Assembly (NCBI GenBank): GCA_049515895.1
Contig: JBEKTQ010000005.1
Coordinates: 64,001 to 128,000 of the forward strand
Direction of reading: 5' to 3'
DNA length: 64,000 nt
From: Candidatus Bathyarchaeia archaeon
Lineage (GTDB): Archaea; Thermoproteota; Bathyarchaeia; Bathyarchaeales; Bathycorpusculaceae
This document shows, one piece after another, positions 18,966-27,746 of the stretch. Under the pieces are notes generated by a model. That model did no database searches, was not told the DNA's origin, and saw nothing but the letters and a program-made list of their open reading frames with translations. How positions within the stretch are numbered: the first letter of the stretch is position 1; the number at the start of each line of letters is the position of its first letter. A program made the translations under genes and the position numbers.

Positions 18966-19922
18966 CTACTTGCGCTTATAAGGAATAGTGAGGGACGATG
19001 GGGATTTGGTTCCCCGGTGGAAGATTATTATGAAGATGATTGCGAAGATGTATGGTATCGCCAGAAGGAAATACCCTGCCCCCGGTCCAAGACTGGAGAA
19101 AACGCCTGAGCCTATAAAGGTCGCGGCTATTGAGTACCCGAGCCCAAACAGCCAGCTGCCTGCTATTGCCTTGTATGGGCTCCATCCTGCAAAGATCACA
19201 ACGACTATGGCAATCCACCCTCTTCCGGCTACTAGAGTGTCTCCTGCGTTGTAGAGGCCAAGATAACCAAGAACAAGTGATGCCCCCGCGACGCCGGCAA
19301 GGACAGCACCCAGGATTACACACAAGTACCTTACCCGATTGACGTTGATTCCAGCGGCATCAGATGCTTCAGGATTTTCGCCTACGGCCCTGATCTCTAA
19401 GCCCCATGTCGTTTTGTATAGGATAAGTCCAAATACTATGGCGACGGCGAATGAAGCGTACACGAGGATGTTCTGGCTGAATAAGATGGGTCCCACCGCT
19501 GGTAGGTCACTCAGAAATGGAATGTGTACTGGTGGTAGAGGGCGGACCACAGGGAACGAAGTCGCAGTCAGCGTTCGGTAGACGAAATCGGCAATACCGA
19601 TTGATAGGGAGTAAATCAGAAGCCCGGCGATGAGCTGGTTAATTCCTATCTTGACAGCTACAAATGAGTGCAGGACGCCCATGCTAGCGCCAGCAACCAT
19701 CGCGGCCAATAGCCCATAGAGATAGGAGCCGGTTGCAAAAGTGACCCACAGGGAGACGAGGGCCGACAAGCCCATGATGCCCTCTATTCCCATGTTTAGC
19801 ACACCTGATCTCTCAGCGTACACCTCTCCGATTGAAGCAAACAATATAGGCATCGTTAAAGTCAGACTGGAAGCCAGAATCGATATTACAAGATCTCCTA
19901 AAGCTAACATAATCCCATTCAT
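18966..19922 (-). CDS. ABC transporter permease (nucleoside type)
   Basis: ERSGVLNMGIEG, IRAVGENP, AGRGWIA; multiple TM helices. Confidence 0.93.
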   Translation of the reverse strand: MNGIMLALGDLVISILASSLTLTMPILFASIGEVYAERSGVLNMGIEGIMGLSALVSLWVTFATGSYLYGLLAAMVAGASMGVLHSFVAVKIGINQLIAGLLIYSLSIGIADFVYRTLTATSFPVVRPLPPVHIPFLSDLPAVGPILFSQNILVYASFAVAIVFGLILYKTTWGLEIRAVGENPEASDAAGINVNRVRYLCVILGAVLAGVAGASLVLGYLGLYNAGDTLVAGRGWIAIVVVIFAGWSPYKAIAGSWLFGLGYSIAATFIGSGVFSSLGPGAGYFLLAIPYIFAIIFIIIFHRGTKSPSSLTIPYKRK

Positions 19923-20992
19923 CGCCTCCTATTCTCTCTGTCGCCTAGCCACCTTTGAACAATTAGAACAGATAGCACTATTATAGCCTGTAATACGTAA
20001 ATCAGCTCGATTGGTATCGCTGCAGCGCTACTCTGCAGACTCTCGCCGCCGATTGAAAGTGCAGAGTAAAATACAGAAGCAATTAGTGAGCCCAATGGAT
20101 GAAACGCGCCTAATGCCGCCACAGCGATTCCTTGATAGCCGTACCCAGGGGAGAAGTTCTGCGCGAGCAGGTGCTCGGCACCGTTTACCACGACCATCCC
20201 GGCCAGCCCCGCCATACCCCCGCTAATTAGACCTACCGCGAGTATGCTCCTAGAGATACTGACTCCTCCACTTTTTGCTGCGCGGGGATTCACTCCAGTC
20301 GCCCTGATTTCATATCCTAAAACGGTCTTGTAGAGAACGAAGAAGACCCCAATTGCTACTATAACAGCGATTAGGATTCCAAGGTTAAATCTCGTGCCAG
20401 GGATAAGATCAGGGAGCCAAGTTGACCGCGGCAAGATTGGGGTCTGAAGGTTTCCCGAGTTTGGATCTTTGATTGGTCCCGCGGTAAGCCAGTTAACCAC
20501 GTCCAAAGCGACGAAGTTCATGACAAGCGTTGGGAATATTTCGTTTACCTGGAGCTTGATTCTCATTAAGAGCGGTAGCGCCAGCCAGAGTATTCCTCCA
20601 CCCGCTGCAGCGATTAGCACTAGTGGAATCGCAGCTACGCTGGGAAAACTTCCAAGTTTGGAACCTACTAAATATGCGAACAAGGCACCTATATAGATCT
20701 GGCCTTCGACACCGATGTTGTAGAATCTGGCCTTGAATGCCACAAGAAATGCAAGTGCAGCCAGCAGTAACGGCGCCATCAGCACGAAGGTCTCCGAAGC
20801 GAGGAACGTTGAACCAAATGATCCCGATACGAGTCCTGCGATACTTGTGATCGGGTTGTACCCGAAAGTCAAAAGGATGACAGAAAACACAGCAAGCGAG
20901 GCGGCTATTCCAATCAGGTAGGAAAGATACCTCCTCAAGTATGCAGCTACTCTAAGCAAGTAGGAAAGATACTTCCCTAGAGACAACTGCAT
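19919..20992 (-). CDS. ABC transporter permease (nucleoside type)
   Basis: YNIGVEGQ, GYEIRATGVNP, GYGYQGIAVA; multiple TM helices. Confidence 0.93.
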   Translation of the reverse strand: MQLSLGKYLSYLLRVAAYLRRYLSYLIGIAASLAVFSVILLTFGYNPITSIAGLVSGSFGSTFLASETFVLMAPLLLAALAFLVAFKARFYNIGVEGQIYIGALFAYLVGSKLGSFPSVAAIPLVLIAAAGGGILWLALPLLMRIKLQVNEIFPTLVMNFVALDVVNWLTAGPIKDPNSGNLQTPILPRSTWLPDLIPGTRFNLGILIAVIVAIGVFFVLYKTVLGYEIRATGVNPRAAKSGGVSISRSILAVGLISGGMAGLAGMVVVNGAEHLLAQNFSPGYGYQGIAVAALGAFHPLGSLIASVFYSALSIGGESLQSSAAAIPIELIYVLQAIIVLSVLIVQRWLGDRENRRR

Positions 20993-21019
20993 TGTGGCAC
21001 GTCCAGTAAATCTGACTGG

Positions 21020-22279
21020 TTAAGTGTATTCAGCCGCAAAAGATGCCACTGCTTTTTTGAAGGCTTCCATAGGGGCATTTGCGATGCCTGTACCTATGAT
21101 GCCGTGGCCGCCATCCTTGTGCGCGATTCCTGTATCTATTCTAGGCACGGTGTTCATCTCCACCACCTTGCGGATATCAATACCGACCGGGACCCCCACA
21201 AAATCCATGTACGGAATCCGAAAGAGGGGGTCTTCCATTATCGAAACCTTCCGCATAATCCTTGTGTGCTGCACCGCCTCTTGGAGTGCACCTCCGAACA
21301 ATCTTGCCTGGGATGGAGACGCCGAGAGCGCCGTTCCGCCGAAACCCCTCGATTCTGAGATAGCGCTGTCACCTATGTCCGGAGCTCCGTCGGCGGCTGT
21401 GAATCCTGGAAATAGGAAACCCTTAATCTCTCCTGCAGGACCGGTAAACCATCTGTCGCCTAAGGCGCTAACCTTGATGCCAAACTCAACCCCGTTTCTT
21501 GACATTGCAGTCACTACAGTGCTGTATTTTATCCCCTTGGCTGCGTCCATCATCACTTTGCAACCGCCCATCATAAGGTTGCCACAGAACCATCGACCTC
21601 CGTTTCCCATGAAATAGTCCCCGACCGCACCGAGTGTCTCCTTCGGAAAATCTGTCCTTACGATATGAGGAAGAATCCAATTCATGAACACTCCTCGAGT
21701 AGCATCAAACGACCCGTGGAGTTCGTCGCCCATTTGCAGTCCCTTGGCCAAAAGCTCCTTCACATTGAATCCGCCAGCATGCTTGATGGTGGCAGCCAAT
21801 ACAGGGGCAAGAGTTTCTCTCACAAACTTAACTTCCTTAATTCCCCTTTCATAAAGATCCCCGAACGAGGTCATGTCGGTCTGCATCCAGTTGGTGGAAG
21901 TATTACCGTGAACCTTATCATCGAAGACAAAGACAGGACTTGAGGCAGAAGTGACACCGCACATACCGCTCACGTTACCATAATTATGGTTAGACTCCAC
22001 ACGTACTTCCTGTCTCCTGACCAACTTTTCAGCTTGTTCAGCAGTGTCAGCAAGTCCCTCTGATCTTATCGCATTAATCACCGCTATCTTCTGGACCTTA
22101 ATCATCTTTTCCCATGATATCGGTGGTCCGGCATGAGTGATCAAATTGTCATTGAAGCCGGGAATGGCCCTTCGCGCTGGCTTCATATCCACCAGCGTAG
22201 GCTCAGCAGAAATAATATTATCTACAGCCTTTCTGTTCGCCTCATCAATCTCAGACGCAATCATCTTCAATTCCTTCAT
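21020..22279 (-). CDS. DUF1116 (YlbE/YahG/AllG-like) protein
   Basis: HAGPP, QMGDELH, TAMSRNGVEFGI, DIGDSAISE, TGIAHK motifs. Confidence 0.9.
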   Translation of the reverse strand: MKELKMIASEIDEANRKAVDNIISAEPTLVDMKPARRAIPGFNDNLITHAGPPISWEKMIKVQKIAVINAIRSEGLADTAEQAEKLVRRQEVRVESNHNYGNVSGMCGVTSASSPVFVFDDKVHGNTSTNWMQTDMTSFGDLYERGIKEVKFVRETLAPVLAATIKHAGGFNVKELLAKGLQMGDELHGSFDATRGVFMNWILPHIVRTDFPKETLGAVGDYFMGNGGRWFCGNLMMGGCKVMMDAAKGIKYSTVVTAMSRNGVEFGIKVSALGDRWFTGPAGEIKGFLFPGFTAADGAPDIGDSAISESRGFGGTALSASPSQARLFGGALQEAVQHTRIMRKVSIMEDPLFRIPYMDFVGVPVGIDIRKVVEMNTVPRIDTGIAHKDGGHGIIGTGIANAPMEAFKKAVASFAAEYT

Positions 22280-22301
22280 TCGAAATCTATGCGTAGAAGC
22301 T

Positions 22302-22347
22302 GTATAAATAACGCACGCTGTTACTAAAGCAAGATGTGAATTTCACA
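22302..22347 (-). promoter_or_regulatory. Putative operon promoter (TATA) with an upstream palindrome
   Basis: TTTATACA about 25 nt above the ATG at 22279, implying a nearly leaderless mRNA. Palindrome TGTGAA-T-TTCACA at 22335-22347. Confidence 0.5.
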
Positions 22348-22727
22348 AAACTTGGCAAGATATCAGTTGCAAGACCATTTAAATGCTAACATGGCCTGCT
22401 AACACAGCTATGCTGAGAAAATGCTGGCATAGATTCCCGTAGTTGCTCTGTTTATTTTGTTTCTTATGAATACAACTTTGCACTTGATTAAGTCCAATAG
22501 CTGAGAGTTTCTCCAGAAACTCAAAGATGCCAATTACGCGCAAATCTAGAGAATATAGGCTGGTGGGGAAATGCTGAACGACAAGTGTAGCTTCGAGATC
22601 CTAATCTCCTTGTTCATTTAATTCTACGCAACAATTTTTCATTGCTGACAAATACCTTGAAATTATGAAATAAAATCGTGACAATCCTGCGTTGCGTCCT
22701 TCTCCAATTTAACCTCAAAAAACCAAA

Positions 22728-23192
22728 CTAGAACTGTTGCAAAATATCCCTCTTCTCCAAAAGGTTACTACAGTAATGGCATTTCATGACCAGAGGGGCT
22801 TCATTCACAACATAGAATTTTGTGCACAGAGGCTCATTACTGTTGGTGATGCACATAGGATTGATACACTTAATGATGTTCTCAATGACATGAGGTAAGG
22901 TTACTTCCACTTTTTCCACAACCGCATAATTCCGGATTATATTAATGGTAGCATGAGGCGCAATCAAGGCAATCTTGTTGACTTCTTGGGAATCAAGTGA
23001 ACGCCCTTCAATCTTTATTATGTCTTTTACCTTTAAGCGCTTGCTCGGAACATTGATTGCGATTGACATAATCCCTTTCTCCCGTCCAGTAATCCCCAAC
23101 ATCTTGATAACTTCCAAAGCGTAGCCTCCTCTAATATGATCGATGACAGTTCCATCTTTGATCTTCGAAACCCGCACTTCGTAGTCGCTCAT
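22728..23192 (-). CDS. pyrI: Aspartate carbamoyltransferase regulatory subunit
   Basis: MSDYEVRVSKIKDGTVIDHI, KDIIKIEG, APHATINII, CINPMCITN...CHYC zinc site. GGAG upstream of ATG 23192. Confidence 0.95.
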   Translation of the reverse strand: MSDYEVRVSKIKDGTVIDHIRGGYALEVIKMLGITGREKGIMSIAINVPSKRLKVKDIIKIEGRSLDSQEVNKIALIAPHATINIIRNYAVVEKVEVTLPHVIENIIKCINPMCITNSNEPLCTKFYVVNEAPLVMKCHYCSNLLEKRDILQQF

Positions 23193-23572
23193 TCTAAAAC
23201 ATCTCCTTCGTTGATTCTTGACATTGCCTGTCTTCAGGTCCAATTCTGATATACTGAGTGTGACGAGGGTATTTAGACCCATCGTGTATATCTGTTGTGA
23301 AAAATTCACCAGTAAATTAACACAAAAGTGTACTTATAAAAACAATATTCAGCCATAGTAGTAAATGAGAACAGCGTAAATTCATGCGTTTGAGGTTTGA
23401 ACGCGGTTTAAACGACGGTGAGTAGCTAGCCGTAGCCTTTTTTCCTTATTCTGAGCTTTGAGACAAATAGGCTAACAGCAGGTTTTCAAATACTCTTGCG
23501 CCTAAGACTAATATGCTATGATAGACTTACGTTTCAGTTAGAGACAAAACAATTTTCGCGAGTGAAAATAAA

Positions 23573-24138
23573 ATGAAAATGGACCTTGGAGCAAAAAACT
23601 GTTTGTATCCGATGCCAACCACATTGGTGGAGCCTTGGTGAATGGAAACCCGAATTATACCACCATAGCTCATGTTGGCATAATGGATTTTGAATCGGTT
23701 TCGTTAGGAATGAACAAGCTTCACTATACCAACATAGGCATAAAAGCAAACAAGACCTTCAGCATCAACATTCCCTCAACAAAAATGGTTAAAGAAACCG
23801 ACTATTGCGGTTTAGTATCAGGAAAAGACAAAAACAAGGCGGGCATATTCAAGACGTTTTATGGAAAACTCAAAAGTGCTCCAATGATCGAACAATGCAG
23901 CATCAACATGGAATGCGAACTCACAAAAACTGTCGATTTTCCAAATCACGACATATTCATAGGCAAAATAGTAGCCACACACTGCGACGATACTGTTCTT
24001 ACCGACGGAGCAGTAGATTTTACAAAAGTGCAACCAATCTTGTTTGTTATGAATGACCGAAGTTATTGGACTCTTGGCAAAAGAATCGCCAAAGCCTGGG
24101 ACATAGGAAAGGAATTCGCAAAAGAGATATCTTGCTAA
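23573..24138 (+). pseudogene. Flavin reductase-like (flavoredoxin) gene with a 1-nt frameshift near 23629
   Basis: ATG 23573 gives MKMDLGAKNCLYPMPTTLV and then stops. The rest (GALVNGNPNY...DYCGLVSG...APMIEQC...HDIFIG) is in another frame. Could be a sequencing error. Confidence 0.75.
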
Positions 24139-24282
24139 CACAAACAAAAGCTCAATTTGAGCAGATTATTTAACGAAACATCGTCGGCCAAACCGGAATA
24201 TAAAGGGCAAAACATTCTCTGTCAATTTTAGCTCTAAAAAAATGAAATGTGAATTTAATAGTCAGGCATTCTTGCTCTTTCT

Positions 24283-24702
24283 CTACTTCCATTCCCAGAT
24301 AGCAACATCGAATTCCATCCAGGAAGGATCACCTTCTAAGGTGACCAAGGCAACTGCAGTGTTCATCCAAGCCAGCTTAGGAGACATAGACATGAAACTC
24401 CAGACTCCAACGCTCTTGCTCTTGCCCATTTCGACTTTGCCGACACCAGAACCCTTAACGACTGCCATGTCGCCGCTCATGAAATTAAGCATTCCTGTTC
24501 CCATGCTTTCGCCAACTCCGCTAGGTGCCATCATAGTTTTTCCCGTGAAAATGATAGAACCATCCCATCCTTTGGCTTTTCCCATGCCCATAAGCTGCGC
24601 CATCCAAGTAGCCTCAATGGTGACACCGCCCGCGTCTGCGCCCTTAATTGCCATCATCGTACTTTTTGCTTTACCTTCCCACAGTTTTTCGCCAATCGCC
24701 AT
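24283..24702 (-). CDS. Hypothetical Met/Gly-rich protein, probably all-beta
   Basis: 139 aa, GGAGGTG SD upstream, ends in WEWK. Confidence 0.8.
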   Translation of the reverse strand: MAIGEKLWEGKAKSTMMAIKGADAGGVTIEATWMAQLMGMGKAKGWDGSIIFTGKTMMAPSGVGESMGTGMLNFMSGDMAVVKGSGVGKVEMGKSKSVGVWSFMSMSPKLAWMNTAVALVTLEGDPSWMEFDVAIWEWK

Positions 24703-25024
24703 TTTACATTCACCTCCAAAAAAAATTCAGCAAAATACTAGAAAACTCGTATCCATTTATCGCTATGTGGCAGTCGTGCAACAATCACAACGGCTTAAAT
24801 TGTCTATTCTCAGAAAGGGCCACAAAGAGCCTCGCACCGTTCGGGTAATCCCTGTCCGATTTTCCTCGTCTCCAAATTTATGTGCGAACGCCGTTTCAAA
24901 TAGTCAGGCACTAGTTCGTCGAAATACCCCAAATTGTTGTTGTTAGTTGCAGCCGCGAAATTTCTTGTAGAGTCCAGCCAAAAAGAGGCTAAACCTACTA
25001 GCTTTCGCAACATACGAGTCTATT

Positions 25025-26107
25025 CTAGCCTGATGAAAGCCAGTTAACTGTAAATCCTGAGCCGTCAGGGGAAAGGTCAGAGACGTCGGCTAGCTGCACG
25101 GAAGAGCCGCCCGAAGTCGCCGAGGAATACATATCTGTTGCTTCCCAGGGGAAGCTCCCTATATCGCCACTAGCTGACCCAACAGTCGCATTACAACCCG
25201 TAAAAGTTACGTTTCCGAAATCCGTCAACTGAGAAATGGCATGGTTAACAGTGGGTCTTTCAACTATCCACTCTGCTGTCAACTGGCTGGAATTGTAGGT
25301 GACAGTTGTCTGGAACGATCGTGTTGTTGTCGTATCAGTTAAGTTGATGACCCATTGACTGGTTGTTACGTTTGCAAGCTGGATTGAAGCCTGAATTTGG
25401 TCTCCTGGCGAAATGAACATGAAAGGAATGGTGGTTGCTGGATTTGGCAAAAGCTCATACCACGCATAGTATAATGCGTTTCCAAACCTTGAATCTTGCT
25501 CAGTTCCACATTGGATCAGTGAGCTGTCATTATTGAACTGCCCGCCAATGCCTATCCAGGTGGCTGAATACGTATTGTTCGTGGAAGTTGTAACTGTAGG
25601 AACCACCCATGACGCGTTGACGCCAGTCACGGAGGGTTGAGGATTTTGTAGGTCAGAGGAGATTACGTACCCTGTCCAGTTTATGGCCGCAGTTGCATTT
25701 GTAGGAGGCGTGGGTGTTGGCGTCGGTGTTGGAGTTGCCGTGGGTGTTGGAGACGAAGTCGGTTGAGGAGATGGAGTCGGTGTGGGAGTCGGATTCGATG
25801 TGGGCGTTGGAGTTGGTGAGGGGGTTGGTGTGGGGTTTGGCGTAGGTGAAGGCATAGGCGCCAGAGTTGGGGTTGGCAGAGGTGCCTGCGTCGGCGTTGG
25901 AGAAGCAGTGGGCGTGGGAGTTGGAGTTGGTAAAGGGGGGAATGTTGGTGTCGGCGTCGGGTTTGCCGTAGCCAGAGGCGTCGGTGAAGGTTGATCGTTC
26001 CTTTTCACAAATGTGGATTGTAACGTTGCGTATGCTCCCAAGGCGACAGCAACTGCAATCACGATTAGTAAAATGGCAAGAACATTGACTACAGTTTTCT
26101 CTTTCAC
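25025..26107 (-). CDS. Membrane-anchored glutamic peptidase (family G1/A4, eqolisin-like) with a Pro-Thr linker
   Basis: N-terminal TM, PT repeats, then NWTGY, WIGIGG, LIQCGT, WYELLP and AEWIVERP (catalytic Q and E present). Confidence 0.9.
   Translation of the reverse strand: MKEKTVVNVLAILLIVIAVAVALGAYATLQSTFVKRNDQPSPTPLATANPTPTPTFPPLPTPTPTPTASPTPTQAPLPTPTLAPMPSPTPNPTPTPSPTPTPTSNPTPTPTPSPQPTSSPTPTATPTPTPTPTPPTNATAAINWTGYVISSDLQNPQPSVTGVNASWVVPTVTTSTNNTYSATWIGIGGQFNNDSSLIQCGTEQDSRFGNALYYAWYELLPNPATTIPFMFISPGDQIQASIQLANVTTSQWVINLTDTTTTRSFQTTVTYNSSQLTAEWIVERPTVNHAISQLTDFGNVTFTGCNATVGSASGDIGSFPWEATDMYSSATSGGSSVQLADVSDLSPDGSGFTVNWLSSG
25702..25990 (-). repeat. Low-complexity (Pro-Thr)n coding linker
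   Basis: About 95 codons of PTPTP/PSPTP with varied synonymous codons. Confidence 0.9.
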
Positions 26108-26584
26108 TTTGCAAGCCTCAGATTTATCTCATGTTTTTTCAAACAGCGAAATTCAACGATTAAGAGGGGCGATATTTGCCTGAATATTCCTGAAATGTTG
26201 CCATCCACTTTCCTGCCAAAGGTATTTCTGCTAAGTCTCCACCGCGCTTTTTTTAAAGCAGTAAGAGATTTCGTTAACCATTCGTCAAGCTGTTAATGAT
26301 TAATCTTGGAAGGATTTAATCTTGATGTGGAATTTTTCCTTAATGCTTCCACGAAAGGCGTCGAGGGATTATTGTCCTTAAATGTTGCATTATGCAACTG
26401 ATGGATCCTTGGTAGTGCCTGCATTTCCATGTTCAATAGATCCCCTTTCAGGTCAATTTAGTGGCACTTAAATTGGAGGCTGCTATTTCTGGAAAGACGA
26501 TTTTGAAATGGTTCGGTATTGATTTTGAAAAAAAGCTTTATACTACAAAGTTGTTAGGAGTCTAATTCGGATGAAGGGAGTTTC

Positions 26585-27580
26585 ATGGGGAAAAGGATGG
26601 TTTACTTCTGTATCGCAGTGTTACTGTTGTCTTTAGGTTTGACTGCGGTCCCGAAAACGTTTAGTCAAACACAAGACATCAAAGTCATAAACTACAGCTG
26701 GTATATTGACCCCGAGGGTTATCTAGACGTAGTTGGTCTTGTCCAGAATGTGGGTCCTAACACGATTTCATCCATTGCCTTAACTGGAACAATTGTCGGT
26801 CCTGGCCAAGCGGATGTAGCAGATTCAGGCACCCAAGTCTGGGTGTCAGATTTATTGCCGAAACAGGAAGCACCCTTTTATATGGAATTTATTTCTCCTC
26901 GCACTAGCTCGCAGACCTCTTGGTATGAAGTTGTCCAAGCCGGAGAACTAGCCAGTATTCTCCTCACCCCTGCTTCAGCTAACGCGACAAGCAGCTACCA
27001 ATACCAAGGCCTAACCATAACAAGCTCCAAACCATCGATAGGCACAACTGCAGGATACACAGGCGCCTACGTGGTCAACGGCGTAATAAAAAATACAGGC
27101 GACCAGACGGCTACAAATTTAACGGTTGTCGGAGCCTTTTTCAACTCAACAGGATCAGTGGTCGGGGTAGGATTCACAACTTACCTTGATCCCAGAGCTT
27201 TAGTTGCAGGCAACACAACAACCTTCCAAATCGCCGCCTTGGACTTGAACCAGTCGGTTGTCCCAGCCGCCTTGCAGATTAAAAGTTATCAATTACTAGT
27301 CCAGACGCAAGGGCCGATTCTTCAGGGAACAGCACCCATAGCTTCTCCCCAAGCCACAGGAACCACAGGACCAACTGACAACCCAAGCTCAACACCATCT
27401 TCATCTTCACATGCAAAATCCGACATTACATCTATTTTCCCGATAGTCCTTGCATTAGTAATAGCAGTAATTGTTATAGCAGCAGCAATAGTTGTAGTCA
27501 AACAGATAATGAGTAGGAATCCAAGATCTCATACAACAGTAAAGGAAGCGAGAAGAGCGAAGAAGCAAAAAGCCCGCTAA
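26585..27580 (+). CDS. Secreted FxLYD-like tandem Ig-fold protein with C-terminal TM anchor
   Basis: Signal peptide, two VVG.V.N.G / V.G...N.G domains (GAFFN), S/T/P linker, TM, basic tail. Confidence 0.75.
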   Translation: MGKRMVYFCIAVLLLSLGLTAVPKTFSQTQDIKVINYSWYIDPEGYLDVVGLVQNVGPNTISSIALTGTIVGPGQADVADSGTQVWVSDLLPKQEAPFYMEFISPRTSSQTSWYEVVQAGELASILLTPASANATSSYQYQGLTITSSKPSIGTTAGYTGAYVVNGVIKNTGDQTATNLTVVGAFFNSTGSVVGVGFTTYLDPRALVAGNTTTFQIAALDLNQSVVPAALQIKSYQLLVQTQGPILQGTAPIASPQATGTTGPTDNPSSTPSSSSHAKSDITSIFPIVLALVIAVIVIAAAIVVVKQIMSRNPRSHTTVKEARRAKKQKAR

Positions 27581-27746
27581 ATCACAAATAGCCTTCCAAA
27601 GAGACGACGAGAAAAGCTCGCATCTGCGAAACCGCTTGCTAGAGCAAATAGTTTTTTTCACTTCCTGTTTAACGAAACTGGCTTTAATTTTGTTGCAAAA
27701 CTTAAATATGACGCGCGTCATGTTTTATATACCCCGTCCGACCCAA

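Noticed and set aside
21024-21617. 197-aa plus-strand ORF and the many other short ORFs opposite rpoB, rpoA, ABC and pilus genes
   Set aside because: Antisense or out-of-frame shadows of well-supported genes.
23193-23309. N-terminal extension of PyrI
   Set aside because: PyrI homology and the SD point to ATG 23192.
24242-24946. 234-aa plus-strand ORF
   Set aside because: Antisense shadow of the 139-aa gene, which has a clear SD; no recognisable motifs.
24810-25013. 67-aa minus-strand ORF between the G1 peptidase and the Met-rich gene
   Set aside because: No SD or recognisable motif; cannot be supported.
25702-25990. Repetitive GT-rich stretch as a possible CRISPR array or VNTR
   Set aside because: It encodes a Pro-Thr linker with varied codons; there is no repeat-spacer structure.
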